NCBI GenBank assembly: GCA_024274915.1
Contig: JAJSAC010000063.1
Location: 621-64,620 of the forward strand
Direction: 5' to 3'
From: Thermodesulfobacteriota bacterium
Lineage (GTDB): Bacteria; Thermosulfidibacterota; Thermosulfidibacteria; Thermosulfidibacterales; B14-G1
DNA length: 64,000 nucleotides
Part shown: positions 1-10,177 of the stretch, piece by piece
Numbering within the stretch: position 1 is the stretch's first letter
Layout: every line of letters starts with the position of its first letter
Made by a program: the position numbers and the translations under genes
Notes under the pieces: model-generated
The model's input: the letters and a program-made list of their open reading frames with translations, nothing else
Databases searched by the model: none
Told to the model about the DNA's origin: nothing

Positions 1-3000
1 TGCCAGTGCGAGCATAGGAGATGTGAGTGGCTATGATGCTGGTGCTGATATTTACAGTTATTACGAAGGCTCACCAGCAGTAACAGGTGCCTACTTCTAC
101 TATGGTGTGGATAGCTTTAAGAACAGTGGCACCATCAGTGCCAGTGCAAGCATAGGGGATGTGAGTGGAGAGGACGCCTATGCTGAGATCTGCAGCTACG
201 ACGATGAGGCTCCTGCTGTGGCAGGTGTGTTTTTCTATGATGAGGTGGGCACCTTCACCAACTCAAGCCCGGACACCATTAGTGCCAGTGCGAGTATAGG
301 GGATGTGAGTGGCGAAGATGCCTATGCTGGGATATGGAGTTATTATTCGCCAGCAGTAACAGGTGCCTACTTCTACTACCCTGTGGGTAGCTTTGAGAAC
401 AGCGGTACCATCTCTGCCAGTGCAAGCATAGGGAACGTGAGTGGCGAAGATGCCTATGCTGAGATCTGCAGCTACGACGATGAGGCTCCTGCTGTGGCAG
501 GTGTGTTTTTCTATGATGAGGTGGGCACCTTCACCAACTCAAGCCCGGACACCATCAGCGCCAGTGCAAGCATAGGGGATGTGAGTGGAGATTATGCCGA
601 TGCTGAGATTTACGGCTACTACGAAGGTTCGCCAGCAGTTACAGGGGCTTACTTCTACTATGGGGTAGATGATTTTGATAACAGTGGCACCATTAGTGCC
701 AGTGCGAGCATAGGTGATGTGAGTGGCGATTATGCCTATGCTGAGATCTGGAATGATGACTATGAGGCACCTGCAGTGGCGGGTGTCTTCTTCTACGATG
801 AGGTGGGTACCTTCACCAACAGTGGAGACATCTTGGCCAGTGCGAGCATAGGCGATGTGAGCGGAGACTATGCCAGTGCTTACATAGATGGTTACTATGA
901 GGGTTCGCCAGCAGTTACAGGGGCCTACTTCTACTACCCGGTGGGCAGTTTTGATAACAGTGGCACTATCTCTGCCAGTGCGAGCATAGGTGATGTGAGT
1001 GGCTATAGAGCCGATGCTGAGATTTACAGTGATGACTATGATACCGCAGCTGTAGCAGGCGTCTTCTTCTACGATGAGGTGGGTACCTTTACCAATTCAA
1101 GCCCGGACACCATCAGCGCCAGTGCGAGCATAGGTGATGTGAGTGGAGAAGGTGCCTATGCTGGGATTTACGGTTACTACGAAGGTTCGCCTGCAGTGAC
1201 AGGAGCCTATTTCTACTATGGTGTGGACAGCTTTGAGAACAGCGGTACCATCTTGGCCAGTGCGAGCATAGGGGACGTGAGTGGCGAAGATGCCTATGCT
1301 GAGATCTGGAATGATGACTACGAGGCTCCTGCGGTGGCGGGTCTGTTTTTCTATGATGAGGTGGGTTCCTTTAATAACAGTGGCACCATCAGCGCCAGTG
1401 CGAGCATAGGCAACGTGAGTGGCTATGATGCTGGTGCCTGGATTTACAGTTATTACTATTATGCACCGGCAGTAACAGGAGCCTATTTCTACTATGGTGT
1501 GGATAGCTTTGATAACAGCGGTACCATCTTGGCCAGTGCGAGCATAGGCGATGTGAGTGGAGATTATGCCTATGTTGGGATTGGGGCTTATGAAGATGAG
1601 GCTCCTGCGGTGGCTGGTGTATCCTTCTACGATGAGGTAGGTACCTTCACCAACTCAAGCTCGGATACCATCGGTGCCAGTGCGAGCATAGGTGATGTGA
1701 GCGGCTATGATACCTATGCTGAGATTTCTGGCTACTACGAAGGTTCGCCTGCAGTAACAGGTGCCTACTTTTACTATGGTGCGGATAGCTTTGATAACAG
1801 CGGCACCATCAGCGCCAGTGCGAGCATAGGTGATGTGAGTGGAGAGGATGCCTATGCTGAGATTTACAGTGATGACGATGATACCGCTGCTGTAGCAGGT
1901 GTGTTCTTTTATGATGAAGTTGGTACCTTCACCAATAGTGGTACCATTTCTGCCAGTGCAAGCATAGGGGACGTGAGTGGAGATTATGCCTATGCCGGGA
2001 TTTACGGCTATGACGAAGATGCGCCTGCAGTAACAGGTGCCCACTTCTATTACCCTGTGGGCACCTTTGAGAACAGCGGTACCATCTCTGCAAGCGCCCA
2101 AATAGGGAATGCCAGTGGGTATGATTCGGAGATTGAGGTGTACGATATCAACGGTATCTACTTTGATGACGAGGTGGGCACCTTCACCAATTCAAGCCCG
2201 GACACCATCAGCGCCAGTGTTGTGGCGGGTGATGCCAGTGAGACTGATGCCTCAATTCAATTGGGAGAGCCGTTTGATGGAGTCTACGGTGTAAAGTTTG
2301 GAGACTATGTGGACAGTTTCAGCAACAGTGGAACAATAACTGCCTCTGCTCGTGCCGGGGATGCCAGTGGAGAGGATGCCACAGTTGGGATTAGTACTGT
2401 TGTGGCAACGGTATTTAATGGAGTGGGGAGTTTCACAAATGAGGGTAATATACACACCGATGTGGTGGTTGGTGATGCTAGCGGTACCGATAGCTCTGTA
2501 AGTGTTGATACAATCGGAGGAGCAGTATTCATGGGAGATGCTGACTCGGTTGTCAACCGCGGCAATATCACCACCTCGGTCTCTGCAGGAAGTGGCAGTC
2601 AGGTTTCGCACGTATCAGCTTTGACCTCTTTTGGGGGATATGCAGATATCACAAACTATGGCAATATAGGGACACAGATCACTGTTGGGGCCGATTCCTA
2701 TGTGGACCATGTGTACGGTGTGCACCTGTGGGGTTCTTACGGCTCCTTTACAAACTATGGCAATGTTTTCCTCTATGTTGATCCTATCTTTGTTATAGGT
2801 GGTGGGGGCGGCTCTGCAACTGCAGATAGCGCCGCTGGGATCTACGTTGAGAACTCCGAGGTGACTATATCCAGTCCGGGCACCATCTATCTCTACACGG
2901 ACATTCCCGATGCAGACATCAGGACCCTGTGGATGAAGGACTCTTACGTCACTTTCCTGGATAAATTTGGGATCGTCTTTGGCTCCCCTGGCATCACCAA

Positions 3001-4303
3001 GAGGCCCATATATCTGGATGACATGGGGACCACCCTTGACCTGAACGGTGCCAGGTTGGTTGCCTATGCCGATAGGGACCTCAAGATCAATCACCCGTAT
3101 TACCTCATAGAGCTCAGTGATCCCGAGGTGGATACGGTGTCCGATTACTTTGGTGGCCTCATTGATGGTACCAGGAACCCCGATATCAGCCCCAGTTGGT
3201 ATGGACCTGCCCGTGGGGAGGATGCGCCGGAGGAAGTGGCGGTTATCTGGAGATATGACCCCCAACACTCCACGGCGGATTTGTCCATCCATGCCTCTCA
3301 GGTGGTGGCTAGGAACATGATGAGCTTTGTCACCTCCCACCTCATGTATAACAAGCTCCTGTGGTGGGTGACAGAGAAGGGAGAAGAGGGGAATGTGAAG
3401 CTGGCGGACAGCGGCCAGATAGCCACTGAAGCGGGTCCTCCAGTGGCAACGGCGGCATCGACTACCAGGGAGTACAGGAACGGTGCCTTCTTCTATCCCG
3501 TGTACACCGACGTGGAAGCTGACGATCTGGGTTACGATGCCCATGGCATAGGCTTCACCCTTGGTCTTGAGCGCATGGTCACCGATGCTGTGAACGTGGG
3601 GATCTTTGGAGGAATCTCCAAGGTGGACGTGAACTTCAACGACTATGATTACGGTGGCATTGACGACGAGCAGGACATTTACACCGTAGGGCTCTATGTC
3701 AATTACGCCTGTCGTCCCTGGTATCTGGGAATGGTTGCCATGGGCTACGGGGTGCAGCATGACTACGAAGGACGCACAGGTCCTGACTACAACATGAGGG
3801 AGACTGCAGACTACTGGAGCCACGGATTCGAGGGCGAGCTGGTGGGTGGCTATGTCCTGGGAGACCAGAGGAACTGGATGATCATGCCCGAGCTGGGAGT
3901 GGGCTTCAGCTACTGGAGGGTGGGCGATTACAAGACGGACGCTGACTACTCCAACTGGGACAAGGAGTACGACAGCGAAGACGACAGCTACTTCCGCTCC
4001 ATTGTGGGGCTTACGGGTTTGAAGAGGTGGGTGGTCAAAGACACCAAGATAGACCTGTTGGCCTCGGTGAAATGGGAGCAGGCGTTGGGAGACAATGATA
4101 TTTCCATAACCCAGTCCATACCCGGTATAGGCTCCGGTAAAGAGGACGTGGAAGAGGATATTGGAGATACCTCCATAGTCGGAAGACTAGGCTTGAGTCT
4201 GACCATAATGGATAGGGCCAAGCTCAACCTGACCTTCAGGAGCGAGTTCAACGAGGACTATACCGTGTACTCTGGCCGGGTGTCCCTGGGAATCTCTTTC
4301 TAG
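1..4303 (+). CDS. Large autotransporter-like surface protein, 5'-truncated by the window: acidic Tyr-rich tandem-repeat passenger plus C-terminal beta-barrel
   Basis: Frame is open from the window start. About 15 conserved 44-48 aa repeats (NSGTISASASIGDVSG...PAV.G.FFY), then a degenerate beta-helix region, then ~300 aa of amphipathic beta-strands ending in the outer-membrane signature ...GRVSLGISF. Confidence 0.85.
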   Translation, partial: ASASIGDVSGYDAGADIYSYYEGSPAVTGAYFYYGVDSFKNSGTISASASIGDVSGEDAYAEICSYDDEAPAVAGVFFYDEVGTFTNSSPDTISASASIGDVSGEDAYAGIWSYYSPAVTGAYFYYPVGSFENSGTISASASIGNVSGEDAYAEICSYDDEAPAVAGVFFYDEVGTFTNSSPDTISASASIGDVSGDYADAEIYGYYEGSPAVTGAYFYYGVDDFDNSGTISASASIGDVSGDYAYAEIWNDDYEAPAVAGVFFYDEVGTFTNSGDILASASIGDVSGDYASAYIDGYYEGSPAVTGAYFYYPVGSFDNSGTISASASIGDVSGYRADAEIYSDDYDTAAVAGVFFYDEVGTFTNSSPDTISASASIGDVSGEGAYAGIYGYYEGSPAVTGAYFYYGVDSFENSGTILASASIGDVSGEDAYAEIWNDDYEAPAVAGLFFYDEVGSFNNSGTISASASIGNVSGYDAGAWIYSYYYYAPAVTGAYFYYGVDSFDNSGTILASASIGDVSGDYAYVGIGAYEDEAPAVAGVSFYDEVGTFTNSSSDTIGASASIGDVSGYDTYAEISGYYEGSPAVTGAYFYYGADSFDNSGTISASASIGDVSGEDAYAEIYSDDDDTAAVAGVFFYDEVGTFTNSGTISASASIGDVSGDYAYAGIYGYDEDAPAVTGAHFYYPVGTFENSGTISASAQIGNASGYDSEIEVYDINGIYFDDEVGTFTNSSPDTISASVVAGDASETDASIQLGEPFDGVYGVKFGDYVDSFSNSGTITASARAGDASGEDATVGISTVVATVFNGVGSFTNEGNIHTDVVVGDASGTDSSVSVDTIGGAVFMGDADSVVNRGNITTSVSAGSGSQVSHVSALTSFGGYADITNYGNIGTQITVGADSYVDHVYGVHLWGSYGSFTNYGNVFLYVDPIFVIGGGGGSATADSAAGIYVENSEVTISSPGTIYLYTDIPDADIRTLWMKDSYVTFLDKFGIVFGSPGITKRPIYLDDMGTTLDLNGARLVAYADRDLKINHPYYLIELSDPEVDTVSDYFGGLIDGTRNPDISPSWYGPARGEDAPEEVAVIWRYDPQHSTADLSIHASQVVARNMMSFVTSHLMYNKLLWWVTEKGEEGNVKLADSGQIATEAGPPVATAASTTREYRNGAFFYPVYTDVEADDLGYDAHGIGFTLGLERMVTDAVNVGIFGGISKVDVNFNDYDYGGIDDEQDIYTVGLYVNYACRPWYLGMVAMGYGVQHDYEGRTGPDYNMRETADYWSHGFEGELVGGYVLGDQRNWMIMPELGVGFSYWRVGDYKTDADYSNWDKEYDSEDDSYFRSIVGLTGLKRWVVKDTKIDLLASVKWEQALGDNDISITQSIPGIGSGKEDVEEDIGDTSIVGRLGLSLTIMDRAKLNLTFRSEFNEDYTVYSGRVSLGISF
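2..2230 (+). repeat. Coding tandem repeat, 132-144 nt unit, alternating A/B subtypes
   Basis: GCCAGTGC anchors at 2, 140, 284, 416, 560, 698 and onward. Segments ~177-279 and ~453-555 are identical. Confidence 0.95.
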
Positions 4304-4325
4304 ACCTTGGCTTAAGACGGGAGTC

Positions 4326-4359
4326 AAGCCCCCCTCCAAAAAGGGGGGCTTTTTATTTT
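4326..4359 (+). terminator. Rho-independent terminator after the autotransporter
   Basis: AAGCCCCCCT-ccaaaa-AGGGGGGCTT followed by a T-rich run. Confidence 0.85.
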
Positions 4360-4478
4360 CATGGAGGATCCCTTTGCCACGGGTTCAGGCAGCGTTCCAT
4401 TGAGCGTGTCTGTTTTGACTTAGGGGGAAGGTCTTACTGGATAACCTGGAAACCTTGTGAAGCCTTGCAGTGTTTTCC

Positions 4479-4733
4479 CAGGACTTCCCCCAAAATTCCC
4501 TTCCTGGTAAAGGCATCATGTTCAGAATCCTGGATTTTTTCTCTCCAACAAGTGAAAGGGCGGGGCATTCCTCCCTCCCTTGCCCATGGCTGATAGCTGA
4601 TGGCTCATGGCTCATGGCTGATAGCAACTGTGAGCTATGAACCATGAACTACGAGCTATGAACTATGAGCTATCATCTCTGCGTTCGGAACACCCCGCCC
4701 TGACCCATAGGACTAAAACTGGGGGAAGTCCTG
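4479..4733 (+). mobile_element. MITE copy 1 (255 bp)
   Basis: TIRs CAGGACTTCCCCCA...TGGGGGAAGTCCTG. Flanks GTGTTTTCC / GTGTTTCCC (9-bp duplication, 1 mismatch). Near-identical to 13657-13851 and 54190-54412. Confidence 0.9.
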
Positions 4734-4745
4734 GTGTTTCCCCCC

Positions 4746-4773
4746 TTGAAAATATTGGCCACAAGAGTATTCT
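4746..4773 (+). promoter_or_regulatory. Putative sigma70 promoter of the alaC-hom operon
   Basis: TTGAAA-N16-TATTCT upstream of the GGAGG RBS. Confidence 0.5.
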
Positions 4774-4811
4774 CACAGGACAAATCTTAAGAGTCGGAGG
4801 GACGTGGACCT

Positions 4812-6017
4812 ATGTTGGAGCGGGAGTTTTTGAGGATTAAGAGGCTTCCCCCTTACGTCTTCGCCATTGTGAATGACCTCAAGTACAAGGCAAGGCGTAG
4901 GGGAGAGGATATTATAGACCTGGGCATGGGGAATCCCGACATCCCCACCCCCACCCACATCGTGGACAAACTGGTGGAGGCGGCCAGGAATCCCAGGAAC
5001 CACAGGTATTCCAGCTCCAAGGGTATTCCCAAGCTCAGGGAGGCCATTTGCAACTGGTACAAGAGGAAGTTCAACGTGGACCTGGACCCTGAGACGGAAG
5101 CCATAGCCACCATTGGGGCGAAGGAGGGCATTGCCCACTTCACCCTGGCGGCCCTGAGGCCCGGGGATGTGGCTCTGGTGCCCACTCCCACCTATCCCAT
5201 TCACGCCTATTCCATTGTGATAGCTGGGGGCGATCTGAGGAGTGTGCCCCTTCTGAATGGCACAGACTTCTTCGAGAGCCTTATGAAGGCTGTGCGCCAG
5301 ACCTGGCCTGTGCCCGAGATGCTTATTCTGAGTTTTCCCCACAATCCCACCACCAAGGTGGTGGATATGGAGTTCTTCTATAAAGTGGTGGACTTCGCTA
5401 GGGATCACGACATCATTGTGGTCCACGACTTTGCTTATGCTGAGCTGGTTTTCGATGACTATTGCCCTCCCTCCATTCTCCAGGTTCCCGGGGCTAAAGA
5501 TGTGGCGGTGGAGTTTTATTCCCTCTCCAAGACCTATTCCATGCCTGGATGGCGGGTGGGTTTCATGGTGGGCAACTCCAAACTGGTGGAGGCCCTGGCC
5601 AAGCTGAAGAGTTACTATGATTATGGCATCTTCCAGCCCATCCAGATCGCCGCCATCGTTGCCCTTAATGGTCCCCAGGAGTGCGTTAAGGAGATCGTGG
5701 ATACCTATAGAAGAAGGCGAGATGTCCTGGTAGACGGCCTGAATCGCATAGGTTGGAGAGTGGAGAAGCCTAAAGGCACCATGTTTGTATGGGCCGAAAT
5801 CCCGGGCGAATATAAACACATGGGTTCTCTGGAGTTTTCCAAGTTTCTCCTGAAGGAGGGTAAGGTGGCGGTCTCTCCCGGCATTGGCTTTGGTTACAAC
5901 GCCGACGACTATGTGCGGTTTGCTTTGGTGGAAAATGAGCAGCGGATTCGCCAGGCCCTGAGGGGTATGAAGAAAGTCTTAACCCTGGGGGAGAAAAAGA
6001 AATGGGTGGCCGTGTGA
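4812..6017 (+). CDS. alaC: Class I/II PLP-dependent aminotransferase, AlaC/YfdZ-like
   Basis: [11 protein letters not shown]-terminus, [17 protein letters not shown] and the [17 protein letters not shown]-lysine motif. Conserved position upstream of hom. Confidence 0.8.
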   Translation: MLEREFLRIKRLPPYVFAIVNDLKYKARRRGEDIIDLGMGNPDIPTPTHIVDKLVEAARNPRNHRYSSSKGIPKLREAICNWYKRKFNVDLDPETEAIATIGAKEGIAHFTLAALRPGDVALVPTPTYPIHAYSIVIAGGDLRSVPLLNGTDFFESLMKAVRQTWPVPEMLILSFPHNPTTKVVDMEFFYKVVDFARDHDIIVVHDFAYAELVFDDYCPPSILQVPGAKDVAVEFYSLSKTYSMPGWRVGFMVGNSKLVEALAKLKSYYDYGIFQPIQIAAIVALNGPQECVKEIVDTYRRRRDVLVDGLNRIGWRVEKPKGTMFVWAEIPGEYKHMGSLEFSKFLLKEGKVAVSPGIGFGYNADDYVRFALVENEQRIRQALRGMKKVLTLGEKKKWVAV

Positions 6018-7357
6018 GCCCGGAGTCTCCGAAAGGTCGTGGGACTTTTCGGGATGCTATTGGGATTGGTCTCATCGGCTTTGGCACTGTGGGCACTGGG
6101 GTGGTGCGTATTCTCATGGAGAAGGGTGAACTCCTCAAGGAGCGCTTGGGTGCCCAGCTGGAACTGGTAAGGATTGCTGATGTGGACCTGGTGAGACCCA
6201 GGGATGTCCAGGTGGACGCATCCCTTTTGACCACTGATGCCATGGAAGCCATTCACCATCCCCAGGTGGACGTAGTGGTAGAGCTTGTGGGTGGTATAGA
6301 GCCTGCCAAGAGCTTCATTTTGGAGGCTCTTGGGGCAGGTAAGCCTGTGGTGACGGCCAATAAAGCCCTCCTGGCTGAGGCTGGGGAAGAGATCCTTCGG
6401 GCCCTGGAAGAGACAGGTGTCGATCTGGGTTTTGAGGCCAGTGTGGCAGGAGGTATCCCTATCCTGAAGGCCTTGAGGGAAGGTTTGGTGGCTAACACTA
6501 TCTCCTGTATTTACGGTATTATCAATGGAACGGCCAATTATGTTCTTACCATGATGGAGAGGGAGAGGCTCTCTTTCCAGGAGGCTCTGGCCAACGCCCA
6601 GGCCGAAGGTTACGCCGAGGCTGATCCCACCCTGGATATCAGTGGTATGGACGCCGCCCACAAGGCTGCTATCTTGGCCACCATGGCCTTTGGACGCTAC
6701 TTCAAGGCCCAAGAGATCTATGTAGAGGGTATAGACCGGGTGGACTCCAAAGACATACTCTACGCCCAGGAGCTGGGTTATCGGGTTAAACTGCTGGCTA
6801 TAATAAAGGGCGGTGATCGGGTGGAGATTCGGGTTCACCCCACCATGATACCTCTGGACCATTCCTTGGCCAAGGTGGAGGGGGTTTTCAATGCCGTCTA
6901 CGTAGAGGGTGATGGGGTGGGCCCTACCATGTTCTATGGCCGTGGGGCAGGGGAGATGCCCACGGCCAGTGCTGTGGTGGCCGATGTGGTGGACATAGCC
7001 CGGGACCTTTTGAAGGGGGTGGGGCGCAGGGTGCCTCCGTTCTCCTATGATAAACTGGATAGAGAGGTGGCACTAAAGCCCATGGACGAGGTGGTGACCC
7101 GGTATTACATGCGGTTTACAGCCCAGGATCGTCCGGGGGTACTCTCCAAGATCTCGGGGATCTTGGCTTCCAGGCATATTTCCATAGAGTCGGTGATCCA
7201 GAAGGGACGCCGAGAGGAAGGTACGGTTCCTGTGGTGATGATGACCCACGAGGCTACGGAGAGGGACGTGAGGGAGGCCTTGGAAGAGATAGATCGGCTG
7301 GATGTCATTGGCAGGAAAACAGTTCTTATCCGGGTGGAGGACGGGGGAGGCTGGTAG
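6002..7357 (+). CDS. hom: Homoserine dehydrogenase with C-terminal ACT domain
   Basis: [45 protein letters not shown] and DRPGVL ACT motifs. Start may be GTG 6014. Confidence 0.95.
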   Translation: MGGRVSPESPKGRGTFRDAIGIGLIGFGTVGTGVVRILMEKGELLKERLGAQLELVRIADVDLVRPRDVQVDASLLTTDAMEAIHHPQVDVVVELVGGIEPAKSFILEALGAGKPVVTANKALLAEAGEEILRALEETGVDLGFEASVAGGIPILKALREGLVANTISCIYGIINGTANYVLTMMERERLSFQEALANAQAEGYAEADPTLDISGMDAAHKAAILATMAFGRYFKAQEIYVEGIDRVDSKDILYAQELGYRVKLLAIIKGGDRVEIRVHPTMIPLDHSLAKVEGVFNAVYVEGDGVGPTMFYGRGAGEMPTASAVVADVVDIARDLLKGVGRRVPPFSYDKLDREVALKPMDEVVTRYYMRFTAQDRPGVLSKISGILASRHISIESVIQKGRREEGTVPVVMMTHEATERDVREALEEIDRLDVIGRKTVLIRVEDGGGW

Positions 7358-7441
7358 TTTTTTCCTATTATCCCCCTTCTGAGTTGAAGAAATTTCTGTT
7401 TAGTATAGATTTTAGTTATCTGAATCCTGAAGGGGAGAGAG

Positions 7442-8665
7442 ATGGCCAAATACGTGGTACTCCTCGGCGACGGCATGGCTGACGAGTCTTTAGAGGAGCT
7501 AGGAGGAAAGACGCCCTTGGAGGTGGCTTCCGTACCTAACATGGATAGGATGGCCCAAGAGGGGATCTGCGGCTGGGTGAGGACCGTGCCCCCGGGAATG
7601 CCCCCAGGTTCCGATGTGGCCAACCTTTCGGTTTTGGGTTTTGATCCGGCCAGGTACTACACAGGCAGGGCCCCTCTAGAAGCCGCCAGCATGGGGGTGG
7701 AAATGGGTCCTGGGGATGTGGCCTATCGTTGCAACCTGGTGACGGTGAAGGACGGGATCATGGAGGACTACAGCGCTGGGCACATCTCATCGGAGGAGGC
7801 CTCTTTGCTCATAAGGGACCTTCAAGAAACCCTGGGGAACGAAGAGTTTTCTTTTTATCCCGGGGTGAGCTACCGCCATTTGCTGCTGTGGAGGGACGGC
7901 GGGGATGCAATAGAGACAACGCCTCCCCATGACATTTCTGGTAGGCCTATCCGGGACTATCTACCAAGGGGAGAGGAATCGGAGAAGATTTTAGAGCTTA
8001 TGGAGAGGTCCCGGGAAGTCCTGGCCCGTCATCCTGTTAACAGAAGGAGGGTGGAGGAGGGCAAGAACCCTGCCACCATGATTTGGCTTTGGGGCCAGGG
8101 GGAACGACCCAGTTTGCCTGCTTTTCGGGATGTTTACGGTTTGAGAGGAGCTGTTATCTCGGCGGTGGATCTCATGAAGGGGTTGGCTGTTCTTCTGGGG
8201 ATGGAACCCATAAGTGTGCCTGGGGCCACAGGCTATCTGGACACCAATTATGAGGGCAAAGCCCGGGCGACTTTGGACTTTCTCCGGGAGAAGGGGGACC
8301 TGGTCTACTTGCATATCGAGGCCCCCGATGAGGCAGGGCATCAGGGGGATGTGGAAGCCAAGATCCGGGCCATTGAAGATATAGATTCTCGGGTGCTCCC
8401 CCTCCTTCTGGATGCGGCCCATTCCAGCGAGGAACCCTTCAGTATCCTGTTGCTCTGCGATCATCCCACCCCCATCACCATCAAGACCCACACGGCAGAT
8501 CCCGTACCTTTCGTGATATGGCGAAGCCACCAGGAGAGGGCAGGGGAGGGGGGCTACAACGAAAGGGCCCTCCAGCACCTCACCCCCTACACCATAGAGG
8601 AGGGCCACAAGCTCATGTCCCTCTTTCTGGGCCATCTCTGCCACGGGTGCGGGGGCTGTGGGTAG
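7442..8665 (+). CDS. apgM: Cofactor-independent phosphoglycerate mutase family (ApgM; proposed homoserine kinase subfamily in thr clusters)
   Basis: GDGMAD, PGSDVAN, HIEAPDEAGH, CDHPTP and HTADPVP metal-binding motifs all intact. Confidence 0.85.
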   Translation: MAKYVVLLGDGMADESLEELGGKTPLEVASVPNMDRMAQEGICGWVRTVPPGMPPGSDVANLSVLGFDPARYYTGRAPLEAASMGVEMGPGDVAYRCNLVTVKDGIMEDYSAGHISSEEASLLIRDLQETLGNEEFSFYPGVSYRHLLLWRDGGDAIETTPPHDISGRPIRDYLPRGEESEKILELMERSREVLARHPVNRRRVEEGKNPATMIWLWGQGERPSLPAFRDVYGLRGAVISAVDLMKGLAVLLGMEPISVPGATGYLDTNYEGKARATLDFLREKGDLVYLHIEAPDEAGHQGDVEAKIRAIEDIDSRVLPLLLDAAHSSEEPFSILLLCDHPTPITIKTHTADPVPFVIWRSHQERAGEGGYNERALQHLTPYTIEEGHKLMSLFLGHLCHGCGGCG

Positions 8666-8669
8666 GAGA

Positions 8670-8767
8670 GGCTAAGGGCTAAGGACGAAGGGCTGGAGGC
8701 TAAAGGCTAGAGGCTAAAGGCTAGAGGCTAAAGGCTAGAGGCTAGAGGCTAAAGGCGAAGGGCAGAG
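8670..8767 (+). repeat. Heptamer tandem repeat GGCTA(A/G)(A/G), 14 units
   Basis: GGCTAAG GGCTAAG GACGAAG GGCTGGA, alternating GGCTAAA/GGCTAGA, then GGCGAAG GGCAGAG. Confidence 0.9.
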
Positions 8768-8781
8768 GGTAGTGAATAAAA

Positions 8782-8801
8782 TTTGTGGTTTTTGTCACAA
8801 A
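8782..8801. promoter_or_regulatory. Palindromic operator upstream of lysC (CRP- or Rex-like)
   Basis: TTTGTG-GTTTTTGT-CACAAA; the core TGTGG-N6-TCACA matches the CRP-type box at 9/10. Confidence 0.45.
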
Positions 8802-8932
8802 AACCGTTGAAGGTGGTGGTTCCTTTTGCTATGGAGGGGGGCAAGTTTTGAGAAAGCCTTGCGAGGATTCCAAGGTCTCTGAGGCCTGGAGCCTGGGGAC
8901 TGGATGGGGATTTCTTCCAGGAGGGAAGAGCG

Positions 8933-10177
8933 ATGGCACTGGTAGTGCAAAAGTACGGTGGAACTTCCGTGGGCACGGTGGAGAAGATCAAGAGCGTGGC
9001 CAGGAGGGTGGCCAAGACCAAAGACGCCGGAAATGATGTGGTGGTGGTCATCTCGGCCATGGCGGGGGAGACGGACAGGCTAATAAGCTTGGCCAAGGAG
9101 ATCACAGAGATGCCCGACGAGAGAGAGATGGACATGCTCCTTTCGTCGGGAGAGAGGGTCTCATCCGCTTTGTTGGCCATAACCCTCAAGGCCATGGACT
9201 ATCCTGCCCGTTCTTTTACGGGTAGGCAGGCAGGTTTCATCACCGACGGTGTTCACACCAAAGCCAGGATAAAAAAGATTGAGGCTCAGCAGGTGAGAGA
9301 TGCCCTGGCCCGGGGCGAGATCGCTGTGGTGGCGGGTTTTCAGGGTGTGGACGAGTTGTCCCATGATGTGACCACCTTGGGGCGCGGTGGTTCCGACACC
9401 ACGGCGGTGGCCCTGGCGGCTGCCCTCCAGGCCGATGTGTGTGAGATCTACACGGATGTGGAGGGTGTTTATACTGCTGATCCCAGGATCGTGCCCCACG
9501 CCAGGAAGTTAGATCGTGTATGTTTCGAGGAGATGATGGAGATGGCCAGTGCCGGGGCCAAGGTGCTCCAGGTCAGATCCGTAGAGATGGGTATGAAGTA
9601 TGGGATACCCATACATGTGAGATCCACCTTTACAGATAAGGAGGGAACCATGGTGGTGCCATTCAGCGAAGAGATGGAAGCGGTGTTGGTTTCGGGAGTG
9701 ACCCATGACAAGAACCAGGCCAAGATTACGGTCATGGGAGTGCCTGACAGGCCGGGCATAGCCAAGGCCCTCTTCACTCCCATTGCCGATGCGGCCATAA
9801 ATGTGGACATGATCATCCAGAACGTGAGTCAAGACGGACTCACTGACATCTCCTTCACTGTGGCCAGGACGGACCTGCCCAAGGCCATTGAGGTGATGAA
9901 GGAGGTGGTACCCACATTAGGGGCCAAGGGTTTCACCACCAATGCGGATATTGCCAAGGTTTCTATAGTGGGTGTGGGAATGCGGTCCCATCCCGGCGTG
10001 GCCGCCAAGATGTTCGAAACCCTGGCCAACGAGGGGATCAACATCCTCATGATTTCCACCTCTGAGATCAAGGTGAGTTGTGTCATCGAGGACAAGTATA
10101 CCGAGTTGGCTGTTAGGGCTTTACACGATGCTTTTATAGGAGAGAGGGGAAGTAGTGGAAAAGGTGAAGAAGGTTAA
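8933..10177 (+). CDS. lysC: Aspartate kinase
   Basis: [35 protein letters not shown], two ACT domains, ISTSEIKVS. Confidence 0.95.
   Translation: MALVVQKYGGTSVGTVEKIKSVARRVAKTKDAGNDVVVVISAMAGETDRLISLAKEITEMPDEREMDMLLSSGERVSSALLAITLKAMDYPARSFTGRQAGFITDGVHTKARIKKIEAQQVRDALARGEIAVVAGFQGVDELSHDVTTLGRGGSDTTAVALAAALQADVCEIYTDVEGVYTADPRIVPHARKLDRVCFEEMMEMASAGAKVLQVRSVEMGMKYGIPIHVRSTFTDKEGTMVVPFSEEMEAVLVSGVTHDKNQAKITVMGVPDRPGIAKALFTPIADAAINVDMIIQNVSQDGLTDISFTVARTDLPKAIEVMKEVVPTLGAKGFTTNADIAKVSIVGVGMRSHPGVAAKMFETLANEGINILMISTSEIKVSCVIEDKYTELAVRALHDAFIGERGSSGKGEEG

Noticed and set aside
1-2230. CRISPR array or DGR template/variable repeats in the long repeat region
   Set aside because: Units are in-frame multiples of 3 within one ORF, with synonymous variation. 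There are no unique spacers, no evident adenine-specific pattern, and no cas or reverse transcriptase gene in the window.
4385-4840. Short ORFs over the MITE copies (4385-4645, 4637-4840, 13464-13694, 13618-13821, 54275-54841)
   Set aside because: They are translations of the element and its heptamers. Frames are not conserved among copies, and none resembles a transposase.
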